A model generated the notes under the pieces. The model ran no database searches and had not been told where the DNA came from. It worked only from the letters and a program-made list of their open reading frames with translations. Position numbers and translations under genes: made by a program. Source: Trichoplax adhaerens (lineage: Eukaryota > Animalia > Placozoa). Taken from it: a stretch of 64,000 nucleotides of DNA. Positions 39,191 to 51,995 of the stretch are shown here, piece by piece; the first letter of the stretch is position 1; each line of letters opens with the position of its first letter. The stretch is taken from contig NW_002060958.1 of assembly GCF_000150275.1 (NCBI RefSeq), positions 752,272-816,271 of the forward strand, given 5' to 3'.

Positions 39191-39719
39191 CATATGCCAT
39201 CAAAAAATGACGACCTGAAGATCAACTCAGCTCTTTTTTATATCTTGTGACCAGCAAGTAAACTTTATCGAAAGAAAATTATGATAATATCATTTAATTA
39301 AAAGCAAATTAAAATTTTGAAATTGCAATACATAAAATAATTCTATATTAGAAATATATCGGTAACATAATATATTGTACTAAACTAATGTTAATAGTAA
39401 GTTATTCAAATTTAAACGTTCCATAATTTTAATAAAATTGCTTTTAACTATCAGCCACCTATATTATGAAGTAAACTCCTGAATAACTAATATATAACAG
39501 ACAGTAGCCATTAGAATATTAACCAAATTCCATCAGTTGACTAAAAAATTGGCCTCAAGCTATCAGTCTAATACAGTCTGATACAGTAACAAACATACGC
39601 AAAGTTTTCTACTTTCTCAAGGAAATCATCAGGATTTAAATACGTCCGTTCGAGGTCTGGCGCGAGACTGGACGCTTAAATATCATAAATTCTTAAATTC
39701 TTAATTTAATTAAATATGA

Positions 39720-40348
39720 TGTCACAAAACAGCTTTGCAACAAGATTACGTAATGCACGATCAATAAATCAATTCTTTGAATCACGTATCAAGGAACGAT
39801 ATCCGCACTATCAGAAACGCTTTTACTCTACTAACAGACTACACAAAGACTTAGACGCCTCGTATTTTAAGTTAAACACTAAGTTTATGAATTAACTTTA
39901 TTACGCGATATATTGCGTTTATATACTCTTCTTTGATAGTTCATGAGTCATAGTTAGTACAATTAACTTTGGAATCATTCACTAAATTAGACATTAATTT
40001 TAGCTACTGTTCCCTGATGCAGACAACGGTATTTACGAGCATAGACATCTAATTACTAATACAGAATAGTCAGATTATGATATGTCCTGTCACAGAATAT
40101 TTCCACGATAATTTACAATCTATCATAAGCAAGTTACAATCACAATGATTCGAACTGTAAGTAGATAATTCGCATTCCCTATTATTACTATTAAATTCAG
40201 TATATGTATATATGTTACAATCACATAAAGCCAGTGCTATATTAAAACACAGTATATCCAAATTAGAAGTTAGCTAAATAAAGATAGGCTAACAAAATTA
40301 TCCTGACATAGATATTTCTTCTCTAGCATAGCATACAAGACTGTCATA
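39720..40348 (-). mobile_element. Solo-LTR-like element, family B
   Basis: TGTCACAAAACAGC...CTGTCATA; TSD TATGA. Confidence 0.9.
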
Positions 40349-40441
40349 TATGATAATAAAATTGTATCAATATGAATATGTGTAATGAAGGCTAATTTTA
40401 AGAATTCTTCTTTAAGTTTTTATGTAACTTTAGTAAGTATT

Positions 40442-42380
40442 TGTGACCGTGTTATATACGGTATTAGAGTAGAAACATCTATGTCAGGATAATTCTGTTA
40501 GCCTATCCTTATTTAGTTAGCTTCTAATTTGAATATGCTGTGTTTTAATATAGCACTGAATTTTTATGACAGTGACACATATACACATACTGAAATTATT
40601 AGTTATGTAATGAAATGAAAAGTATAGAGATCAAGCTACGAAACTTTAACAAACTTTGATTCTACTTTCGTTGCACTCCGGTCGACTTAACGCTAATACT
40701 TTGACACCAAATAAAATTTGGGGAAATAACCGAACAACAATTTATTACAAAACAAAAATGGAGAGAAATATAAACCGAACAACCTTACAAATACTTAGCT
40801 TTAAGTATTATTAAAATAAATGACAGACTTAAAAACTGTCAACGACCAAACAACCTTTCAAAAAAAGAAGAACGTTTTAACTTACGACAATTCGACCCCG
40901 ATGGCCTTTTAAATTCAACAAGTTCTTCAAATAAAATCTTCTTCTACTCTCTCCCTAAATTTTCTAATTGCACTATCATTTATAGGCTTCGTAAAGCCGT
41001 CAGAGGTATTTAAAACTAAACATTTGCTAACCAATCGCTCTTAAGATCCGTTTTAGAAAACTACTTTGCACCATTTAAGAAAACAAAAATCATTCAAAGT
41101 TCAGACACAATTTACCCTACGATTCCCTTACAAAACACTATAAAACTAACAAGCTAACTATAAAAATACATCAAACTTCATTTCTAACATAATTTCTATC
41201 ATTAATACACTATAAAAGTCTAAAAATCAACCTTTAAACTTCAAGATTTGGTCATAAAAACAACATTCTAGCTAACAATCAACACAACCTGCCAATTTCC
41301 ATCTTATTTTCTATTTTCCTCACTAAATCTCCTAATGTGACTTCAAGTCACGTCATAAAATTCCAAAGTTTCAAATTCATAACAAAAAGTCCAAATCTCA
41401 AAAATCAACTCTTACGATATTTTTTACAAATTAAAATAAAGAAAACAAATCCGAATTTTTGTAAAGATTACAATACTCGCTTTTCGCTGATCAAAAAATT
41501 TTATATGACTATCACAATTACTTTTCTGACATTAGTTTCGCTGAGTATTGACAGTTGATGTTTTAGCGTCAGGTTGTACTATAACTGTACGATGATAGAC
41601 TACATTATAGTACTTTACCGTCATGTTATAAATCCCCTTTCTCTAAGGATAGAGTTTTGCTACTAAGTTAAATTTAGTTACAATTTGAATAGACGATCAA
41701 ACGCCCTTTCTTTAGATTAGGCATTTGCAACTTCTATATTAATCTATATATAATACCTTGTAAAATAATGAAGAAGAAAAGATGGCGACATGATGATTTG
41801 GCAGGGTAAAACTTAAAGACACTATCACTTTCTAGGTATTTTCTATAGTAAAATAATATTAATTACATACTAAAAACTACAAAGGACTCTACTTTTTAGT
41901 CCTTTACTACAGTTATAATAAGGAATGCGAATTATCTACTTACAGTTCGAATCATTGTGATTGTAACTTACTTATGATAGATTGTACATTATCGTGGAAA
42001 TGCTCCGTGATAGGACATATCGTAATCTGACTATTCTGTATTGGTCATCAGATGTTTATGTTTGTAAATACTGTTGTCTACATTAAGGGAGCAGTAGCTA
42101 AAATTAATATCTAATTTAGTGAATGATTCCAAAGTTAATCGTACTAACTATGACTCATGAACTATTGAGGAAGAGTATATAAATGCAATATATCGTGTAA
42201 TAAAGTCGATTCTTAAACTTAGTGTTTAACGTAAATACGAGGCGTTTAAGTCTTTGAGTAGTCTGTTAGTAGAGTAAAAGTGTTTCTGATAGTGCGGATA
42301 TCGTTCCTTCATAAGTGGTTCAAGGAATTGACTTATTGATCGCATATTACATTATCTTGTTGCAAAGCTGTTTTGTGACA
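40442..42380 (+). mobile_element. Solo-LTR-like element, family B, split by a nested family-C element
   Basis: TGTGAC...GTGACA; TSD GTATT; the halves 40442-40605 and 41912-42380 rejoin to the family B sequence; TATATAAA then AATAAA at ~42177-42204. Confidence 0.9.
40606..41911 (-). mobile_element. 1.3-kb TG...CA element, family C (long solo LTR?), nested in family B
   Basis: TGTAATG...TACTACA; 4-bp TSD GTTA; second partial copy at 28067-28437. Confidence 0.85.
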
Positions 42381-43279
42381 GTATTGTAACTTTAAAAAGT
42401 AACTTAACTTGGGTTTAACTACCGTAGGTTCTACTTATTGTTTTAGTATATCGTTAACTCGATCACTTTATTCGGGTTAGAGTTGAATAACTTTCAATAA
42501 CTTAACTTTGTTAAGAGTTATACAATGTAACATTGTGAATTTAGCTATATGTTAAGATAACATAGTATTTAAGTTGCAATCTTGATTAAAACTACCAGCT
42601 AATTTTGATTAAAAGTTACAGTAGAAATGATGCTACTTTGTAATAAAGTACAGTAGAAACTCGAACATTCTAATTAGGGTTCTAATTTAAGATAAATGAT
42701 CTATTATGATGTTTTATTATAGTTGCATTTTGTATATTGTAGAAAATATTTTTTGTAGTCGAATTACGATAAATTATTATTAATTTGATCATTCCGGAAT
42801 CTAGGGTATAATTTGTCTAGTCAAATGTATTTAATTGCTAGTTTGATTTGGTTTACCTTAGAATTAAGAGATGGTAGTCTGATACCAGCTACTGATCTGT
42901 GTAGCAAATAAAAGGTGCCATAATTCAGTAGTTTAGGATTTTCCTAATTCGAGAGATATCGTATTTTACGTTGGTAGCTTGATAGGTTTAGGCAATAATT
43001 TTGCCCTTTTTATAATTTTTTAGTACAATTGATAAGATTTTTAGATAATTTATTACAATAAATTGGTGATCTTTCCTAATTTCCTTATCTTGGAATTGAA
43101 AGCTGGAAGTTTGACTTGAATTTTTCGTTCATTATTACTTATATATGTATGAAATCACAGATTAACCATTAAAGACTTCTGCACATAACAATTTAAGAAA
43201 ATGAACTTAAAACTGATAATACTTTACTTAATTTTATCTCACTATTCAAGTAGCCACGCACCTTCATTCATTGATATCG

Positions 43280-43980
43280 CATGGACGACAGTATTCACGA
43301 TTAAGTAAAAAATAGTATAATAATAAATTTACTAAAATTAATTATATTCGCACTACTAAGCATATAGAATGGCAAATCTGTAACGTTCTCAATCGTTACG
43401 TCTATGAGGAGATTGTATTAGTAGTAACATACATAAGATGATAAAGAGGACAATAAGATCCATCATATCATTGATCAGATCAGACATCTTTTATCTCCAT
43501 CGAAATATAGAATAGCATACGAAAAGTTTCATTGACACTATTAATTAAATTGACAGGAAGTTGCTTCATTAACTAGAATTAGATTATATGAAATTGGTAT
43601 CATATCTATTCCTATAAGTGACAGTAAATACTGATGTAAAAATACGCTTAAGGATGCTATGCCATGGTTTCAAAGCATATTTTTTCTTAAATACGAACGA
43701 TTAAAAATGATACTGGCTGTTTAATTAAGAGGTAAACTACCTATCAATTAAAATATGTAGTTTTTAGTCCATTCGAAGGACAATGAAAGACCGAAATGTT
43801 AGTTACATTTATGATTGACAGAAAACAGTCAGATTCGTATATATAAATTTCCAGGAATTACGTATTTGGCGTTGCAAGCTGATATTTTTACCGTATCTGA
43901 AATTTATCAATAATCTCAAAATGTTTTTCAAAAATTTACGGTTAGTCTTATTTGAAACCCTACTAAGACAATTTCATCTG
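43280..43980 (-). pseudogene. Fossil class A GPCR remnant
   Basis: SWKF...VFCQ, IDR* (43737-43748), IKQP, LPV, MMDLIVLFIILCML, LYYFLLNREY. Confidence 0.6.
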
Positions 43981-44717
43981 ACGGTCAATATGCGACAAGC
44001 ATCAATATTAGAATTGAAATCTTAGAAAAACTACGTTTTGAATTCTACCTTACGAAAACTTTATTTCATATTTAATTCTTATTATTGACTAAAGTAACAG
44101 ATAAAATTCAATAATATCTAACAACTTAGATGCCAAATAGCTTGTGATAATCCTACGATTTTATCATCTTGGAAGGAGTAGAGAACATCTGTTTTGAAAT
44201 CAGCACTCAGACAGTATATCCAGTATTTTAAAGCTTACGAACAAGAATTTAAAAATATAGGTAAAGTTTGATGATATTGCAGTTACAATTGAGAAAATGA
44301 TGCCTTTAACTAGACATGTCATGCCACTTTGATTGAAAGAGAAATTCTGCAATAAAAACTTCTCGTTTAGGATTTAAGATACTGTAATGCACCATTTTTT
44401 AATGTACCTGGTATAGCTGCTAGACAAGACTCTTCCAAATTTAAAGCTATTCATGCAATTGTTTACGAAGTCTGTTTTATGCTTTTTGTTGGATATACTA
44501 TACAACTGTATATAGTTGTATTTGATTTTGTTGCCCATCTGTATTTTCGATCTTTGTTTCGAGTATCTATTTTGTAAACATTAGTTTAATCTTCATAGAC
44601 TTTAAACAATCTAGTATTTTAATATCGTAAAATCCAATCACTGCTATCTAGTCCAATATTTCATAAAATTCAGAACACCATTACTACTTCAGCTTAGTAT
44701 ACGCAAAGGAACTGAAG

Positions 44718-44990
44718 GTAAGTAATAGTATGAAAATTACAACAAATGATAGCTATCGAATATGTAATTCTGAATCTTGTATACCAATGTACTTAACGTT
44801 GAACTCTTCATATTTTAAAATTCACTGCTACATGAACCTTATAGAAGAGTTTCCGATAATTCTGAATGAAATACTCTGATTTTATATATTAATGTTTTTG
44901 AAAATATTTTAAAATAAATCTTATTTATTTAATCAGCTTAGAGTCAATAATTTATAACTTATATGTGCTAAATTCTCTTTTTATTTCTAG
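44718..44990 (+). other. Putative 5'-UTR intron of GPCR member 7
   Basis: AAG|GTAAGT donor; CTAAAT branch-like site; TTCTCTTTTTATTTCTAG acceptor 211 bp upstream of the ATG. Confidence 0.45.
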
Positions 44991-45201
44991 AAAACTTGCA
45001 AGATCTTATGAACTTATTTGGCACTAAATAAGTACGATTCTTCTTGAACTCCTTGTATTGATCTTTCAAGTACATTTCATTGATTGATTTCTTGTTGCAT
45101 TGGAAAGAATTCGATTTTTAACCGAGTAATGTGAAATAATTAAACTCCCCTTCCAGTAATAATCCTGTAGTGTTGGTAAGTCCTAGCATAAATTCATTGA
45201 A

Positions 45202-46167
45202 ATGGAAGGCAACTATCGAGATCAGAGTCAAAGCGAATTTTCACCTTTGCATAATCTCACGGCGACTGGTATTAATTTTACTACAGTTCAATACCTTCTG
45301 CCAGGGGTTATCATTTCATTAACTGCGTTACTTGTTGACTTTGCAGTAATAATCCTGATTTTAGCCAATCCTCGAGTAAGAAAGATTTCTAACTCCATTT
45401 TTTGTAGTAGCTGCTTCTGTGGCCTTCTTTCTTCAGTTCAAACGATAGCAGTTGTCTTAAATCTTCTTTATGAAACGGATTACTATTTCAATGACTTTAT
45501 AGAATGTTTCCTGGATGAAACGATAGAGTTATCGTTATTTGCAGTCTTTAATATTCATGTTACGTTAATAAATCTTCAACGATGTTTATCAATCATATTT
45601 CCTTTCAAATATCAGCGTTGGGCTACTCGAAGAAACGTCGCCATTGCAATAATTTTAGCTTGGATTGTTCCAATTGGAGTAATTTTTATGTTATCACAAT
45701 TCATTTCTCTTGTCACTTTTGGAAATTGCTCGGAATGGTATCAAGTAAGCAGTGCTAACATTATTGTAACTCGCATTCTGTTACCAATTACTTTCGTCTT
45801 GCCTCCTTTAGTCACCATTGTGACTTATAGCATAATTATTAGTAAAGTTTACTCGTTCCAGAAAAAGTTTAGGAGTCAATGCAATTCTACACCATTGCCC
45901 CAGTCTTCATCTAGCCATCAATTAATGTTCTTGCACAGAAAAGCTCTCATTCAAATGGCTCTGGTCTTAGGGGCATATAGCCTGTCTTTGTTTCCATTAT
46001 TTACAGTATTAACTATCCTTACGATATCCCCTAATTTTTCACTATATGCTGCTAGCGAAGTCACATATTGTATAGCTGCAACGTATATCTTTATTCACCC
46101 CATTTTGGTTGTCTACTTTACGGTAGATCTTAAAGCGGAGATAAAAAAGAGACTTACACGCTACTAA
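45202..46167 (+). CDS. Intronless class A GPCR, member 7 (321 aa, E3.32 subtype, short C-tail)
   Basis: 7TM; NLQRCLSIIFPFKY, NCSEW, KALIQM, IHPILV; N1.50 replaced by D. Confidence 0.9.
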   Translation: MEGNYRDQSQSEFSPLHNLTATGINFTTVQYLLPGVIISLTALLVDFAVIILILANPRVRKISNSIFCSSCFCGLLSSVQTIAVVLNLLYETDYYFNDFIECFLDETIELSLFAVFNIHVTLINLQRCLSIIFPFKYQRWATRRNVAIAIILAWIVPIGVIFMLSQFISLVTFGNCSEWYQVSSANIIVTRILLPITFVLPPLVTIVTYSIIISKVYSFQKKFRSQCNSTPLPQSSSSHQLMFLHRKALIQMALVLGAYSLSLFPLFTVLTILTISPNFSLYAASEVTYCIAATYIFIHPILVVYFTVDLKAEIKKRLTRY

Positions 46168-46274
46168 TTACAAGGAGAATCAGTAAGCGTCGGGTATGAA
46201 AACTCATTGTCATTATCAAATAATCAACGACTACATTAAATATTTCATCGCAAATAGAATACAAGATAACAAAA

Positions 46275-46812
46275 TGTCACAACCAAACACTGTGGCAAGC
46301 AAAGGTAAAGTCTATAAGTAACAACTGACTTTAATGCTTTTTTACTAAATGTAACATACAGTATACATAGCAAATTACTGGTAAAATGGAACTTTTATTT
46401 GCATAGACACATTCACAACTTTGCACAACCGCTTCCTACTCGAAATGATGTTGTTCATATAGGAGTCATCTAACTTGTAAACAGTAGCTTTATTATTATC
46501 CGTTGCTAGCAAAAACATCTAGACCTAAAATGTTTCATTCTTACATAGCTTTTCTATCAATGAATATTCTTATCCTATTAATCATACAAAATGTTAATCT
46601 AGTCATAAAACACTGTTTAGCTCAACTATCTTAAGCTAGAACTTGAATCACCTTATTTCTATCTATGTTCGTAATAACAATCAATATCAAAATATGTAAT
46701 AAACTATTATAAATAATTTCCCGTTAAGGCATTACTTGTCTTTTCTATCACTATAATTATAGACATTTTCCATTATTAATAGCTACCGTTCTATTAGCCT
46801 ATTCTAACGACA
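46275..46812 (-). mobile_element. Repeat family F (LTR-like; right end approximate)
   Basis: Starts TGTCACAACC; homologous to 33192-33721. Confidence 0.7.
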
Positions 46813-47399
46813 AGGCAACACCGCAACATAAGGTTACCAATTCTATTGATAATCCTTAACTAGTACCGCATCGATCATACTTTTACTCACATTGATTGAT
46901 ATTGGCCAATAACAATCCTAAGAAATGGAATTCATGAATAAAATTTAAATCTTGATATTCGCAATACATTTGCAGGCAGATTATGGATTGGAAAGTAGGC
47001 TTGCCTTATTATTCTTAGCTACAACTAAACTACTTTTTTTTATATGTTGTAGTACTTTAAAACTTTTTTGACTTTCAATTGTCGAATTATATAAAGAAAT
47101 TTAGCTGATTCTCCCTACTATATAAGATACATTTAAAGCTTTCAAAATTTCCTCCAGTATGGATACAGAGCAGCTTTTAAAAGTAGAAGTTGCATTAAAT
47201 TTATAGTCAACAACCTGAATCTATTTCATTTGCGTCTCAACGCTAACCACGCCAGCTCACACCGAAAATTTCATAATGCTCTATGCATTATTATAAATAG
47301 TTTATAAAGTGAAATTATGATAAATTGAGACTTAAATGCCATTGTATTGATCTAAATCTGCTATAAAGGGGCTATTTTAGGAAAAATTTGTACAACTTC

Positions 47400-48170
47400 T
47401 TCTCACTTTTATACACAAAAGTATGTGATAAGCAAGCCATTTGTAGTCTCATTTTAAATCTATTAATCTACTTACATCAACTATGTTATCTTGATTATTC
47501 AAATACAACTTGATTATTGATGTCTAAAAGAGCAGATTTTATATCAAAAAGTCTGGAATTAATCAACTGGCGAGATAAGATTATAATTCGTATAACTCAT
47601 TCACAATACTAATTTACTAAAGCAGTACTTAGTACTATTTTCCTTGCTTTAGGAAATTGAATCGACTAAAGGAAATTAATTTCAGCAATGTGTTCTCTGT
47701 TACGATTGCTAGTAAGATTAAGCCCAATTGAATCTCTTTCAAAAGCTCAAAAATACTTCAAATGACCCTGCCGATAAATAATGCCATAGAAGAATACTTT
47801 TACAGAATTTAATCTCTGAAGCAAACGGAAGGAAAAGACGATGCTTTTGATGCTTCGTAAAACTTTAGTACGTTTTCTATATTATTTTTTAACTCGCAGT
47901 CTATCAGAAATATTAAAATAAAAATCATTACAATAAGTACTTTAGATTCCACGGTAACGATAAAACAATTCAAGAAATGTGCTTTTGAAATTCTCGTGTC
48001 TTCAAGCGTGACAAAATAATTAATCATTCTTAAATCATTTCGATAATACCAAATCAACGCCATAAATTTATCAAAAGTCAGCACAAGATAAGAAAAACTT
48101 TTAGCAGTCAAAGTAATCAGAATTTATAAGTTAAAATCTTTCTATATTGCAAAATATAATATTCTACTAT
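47400..48170 (-). pseudogene. Fossil class A GPCR remnant
   Basis: IFCNI, LTFDKFMAL (48055-48081), hydrophobic TM4, FFYGIIYRQ (47768-47794), KWLAY (47428-47442). Confidence 0.5.
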
Positions 48171-49499
48171 TGCGCTAGCTTGTGTGCAATTGCCAAGAAT
48201 AAGTATCACTCACACCCCACTACCTACTCTCTTCTAATGTGAGTGATCAACTAATTTACTAGCTACTTAGTCACTCCAACTAACTACGGAGAGATTTTGT
48301 AAGTAAGACTAGCAACTTCCTCACAAGTATAATAAGCGGCTTGTTGTAAGATTAGTTTTATGAGTTTTTAATTCTATACATACAACGAAAGTATAGTACC
48401 TTGTCGTACTCTAGAAAAGTATCAACTGAGCGATATATGTTCTGCTTGGGCTTATATACAGTCGCCACACGTAAACAACGAATACCATTTATAATTCCCA
48501 GAATCAATTAACAATATTTATAGGAAGAAAAACCTGCAAATTCATGATTAAATCTATTATTTTCTGTCACAGTACAGCATCACCAATTAAGTAATGATTG
48601 ATCAGTAAATAATAAATAAATACCTAATAAAAGTCTAGATAAGGCTATATGCTATGTTTGATGTTTAATTTTGCTGGGCTTGCAGTTAATATTTTGGTAG
48701 TAGTATTATGATATGAAATATAAACTATTGCAAGCTAGTTTACTATAGGTAAAAGATAAATTAAGATCTAACAATTGAACCCAATATAAACGAAGAATGA
48801 GCGTTTCAACACCCTAAGTTTCAGAATATCAAGATACTTGTATCTATTTACTAGTTCTATCTAACATAAATGCCAATCTATGCAAAGGTGTAAAATATGT
48901 TCCACACCAATTAACACTGAAATTTACTGTAGAAATCTACTTAAGTGTATTTAATTGTAAATAAAAGTAGCAATTGCTTAAGAAGCGTAGAGGAACTGTA
49001 AGATGAAGAAAATTGCGAAATCAGTCGTCTGCGGAGTACAACCAAGAAATCGAGTACACATATGTCCCTCGCATAGAGAATATAAAATACTGCAGGAAAA
49101 GTCTCAATCATCAAAGTAACTTATATATGGATGTGTTCTGTACTTTATGATAACATGTTGTTTTGAACTTTTTAAAAGTACGAATTACTACTTTAGGATT
49201 TATTATTGTTAGTAATAAGCAAAATTATTATGGAATTATGATGATATAGTAATATGTTACAAGTATCAAGAACATAGGAGCTCGAAAGAATTTACAGTCG
49301 AAGTAGATTTACGTATGAAATTGTTTATTATCTTGAATGTCCGTATTTGATAATTCAATCGTAATAACATATTTGTTATTGAAATTTGTTGATAGCATAG
49401 TAAATATGCTTATAACTACTGAAAGAGTATATAAGAAGGACTGAGATCAATAAAAAGTGATCTAGGTTAAGGCTAAGTTGTGTGATAGTTTTATGCCGT

Positions 49500-50066
49500 T
49501 GTAACGAAACTTAGTATTGCGATCGTAGACTTTTAGCCATGTTTAGTAAGATGTACGGAAGCGTAACTTTCTATATTTATCTTAAGACGTGTTTGGTAGC
49601 TTGCTACTATGGACTGCAACGCTAGATTCTATGATACAGTACAGATGACTATATATAGTAAGGTTTGGAGTTACTATTAAGGCTGGAGGTAAAAATAGAA
49701 CTGTAATTCATATGAATATTAAGATAAGCTTAGTTTACCGTACTTTGAATGATAAGAATAATATCTACGGAAATACCGTGGCAGTTTTCATATCGGGATA
49801 ATGATGGGCCGCTGTAAAATGTTATAGCTAATAATAATTAGACTATGTGCAAATTATGGTAGAATGCTGCTATGCTAATCGTAGCTGCGAAAGCTACGGA
49901 GAGTATAAAAGCAGGAAGACAATAGATTATCCGATACTTATTTCTAGAAGTCTTTCAGTAGCTGTATTCGGCTAATGTAGAACTGTGTGTAGCTAGTCTT
50001 TATATTAGATCTAATAAAGTTCTAATTTTCTTCAACTTGGAATATTCATGGTCGGATTTTATCATA
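49500..50066 (+). mobile_element. Solo-LTR-like element, family E
   Basis: Reverse complement of 58678-59227; GTATAAAAG followed by AATAAA. Confidence 0.8.
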
Positions 50067-50439
50067 TCTGTATATTGTGTAGAGCGAGTTAGTACTTCGC
50101 AAGGATTCTAGTTACTATACCACAGGCTAGATAAAGTAGTTCTGCGGATTAAAGTAAAGTTTATTATAAGTACTGTGTTGTTTTCTTGTGTCGCAAGGGT
50201 AGTTGTGGCAAGAAGTAGACAGAGTTATCGTACCTTCACTAGAGTTCTTTGCAAATATTTACAAGTGATGGCTATGACTAACTTATCCGCTGATCCTTAA
50301 TTAATCACTAATATTGTACGACTATTGGTCATAATACATTTATCTATGTGTCTATTCCTCTAATATTTTCAATAATTTATCTTATTTGCTAATTTTCAAA
50401 AAAGATCAGTCTTCAAAATAAATCAATTTAAACAATAAT

Positions 50440-50900
50440 GTAAGTTCAAAAGTTGATCGTAACATTTTCATACACACCTTCATTTTATAATATATTGATT
50501 CTTAATTATTATGAATACCTTCAATTCGGAATAAAGCATTTCCTGGGCACATTTTGCACCAAAATGGTGTCTTCAGTATAATTTAATTATTATCATGATC
50601 CAGCAAATTGTAGTAGTACGTTATATCTTTAATAGGATGAAACGGTGCATTTGTACTGCTTCTAGTATAAGGAACCTAAAGTGACAGTAGGAGTCTATTG
50701 CACGATCATTGCAACTATTCTTGATTCACATAAATTCTTAAAGAAACAGAGACTAAATAGAATTTTTAACTAGAAATGGAGATAATCTTAAACATTTTAG
50801 TTCCTTTAATGCTTATCTCCTTTCTTTTTTATAACATGTAGAATCCATCAAATACTGCACATTACTGATAAATATAATTCGATAACTTTCGTTGAACGCT
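50440..50900 (+). pseudogene. Possible fossil class A GPCR remnant
   Basis: VDRNIFI/TPSFYNIL (from 50452), SWAHFAP, IVVVRY, KVTVGV. Confidence 0.4.
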
Positions 50901-51369
50901 GTCATCATAAAGCAAAACACATAATGTTAAACATTGATTACCACAAATATATAACTATCAAAGTCAGGTAAAAAATAACGTAAGAAATTAAAATAGCCAA
51001 TTATAACGCAATTATAGATGGTCTCTTGTGAGAAAACGGTATAGCTTTACATTATCATATTCTGTATGGACCAGACAAGATTTAACTCCTCTACAACTCT
51101 GTAAGTTCGCAGCGATCTAGAATGTTTCGTAAAATTTACAGATTAGTCCTACAAATGATTTATGATTCAAGTAGCGCATTATATATTACAGCATGAAATA
51201 TTACTTATAAGAAGCTGATCATTTTGACTTAACAGATACATGTTAGATGAAGATACAAGAATTTACAGTTTTTTTACTATTAGCAATCAAAGAATTAATC
51301 ATTTCTGATGTAGATGTCGATACAATTATAGCGCTATCTATTTTGTTTTGATTAAAAAACATACGTACA

Positions 51370-51995
51370 TTTTACGATGTCATGCACTGTAGTGTCGAGA
51401 TTAGAGCAGATGTGTCTATGTTAGCATAATTTTGTTAGCTTACCCATATTTAGAGAGTTTCTAATTTAGATATCTGGTGTTTAAATATAGCACTAGTTTT
51501 TATGATATTTATCATATACATATACTGACATTTATAGTCAAATTAGGGAATCAAGAATAGTCTATTTACAATTCAAATCGACGTGATTGTAACTTACTTA
51601 GGGTAGATTATAGATAGTCGTGGAAATGTTCCGTTATAGGACATATTGTAATCTGACTATCTTGTATTAGTCGCTAGATTCTATGTTCGTAAACAATGTT
51701 ATCTTCGTTAGGTAGGAGAAAGTAAAATTAGTTTTTGATTCATTAGTAGGTTGCAATGCTAATATTACTAACTAGAATGTCTTAAAGAATATATAAATGC
51801 GAACTACCGTATAATAAAGTGAGTTCTCAAGATGTTTTTTTAACATAAAATACAAGGCATATAAGTCTTTTTGCAGTCTGCTAGTATAGGAACAGTATTC
51901 ATGATAGCGTAGTCATTGCTCCCTGATACGTGATTCAGGAAATGGACTTATCGATCGTACATTACACTATCTTGTTTCAAAGCCGTTTTATAACA
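51370..51995 (+). mobile_element. Solo-LTR-like element, family B (diverged)
   Basis: Aligns to 40442-42380 minus the insert; TSD GTACA. Confidence 0.82.

Noticed and set aside
41337-41558. ORF inside family C as a gag/pol remnant
   Set aside because: Short, low-complexity, non-ATG start; no retroelement motifs
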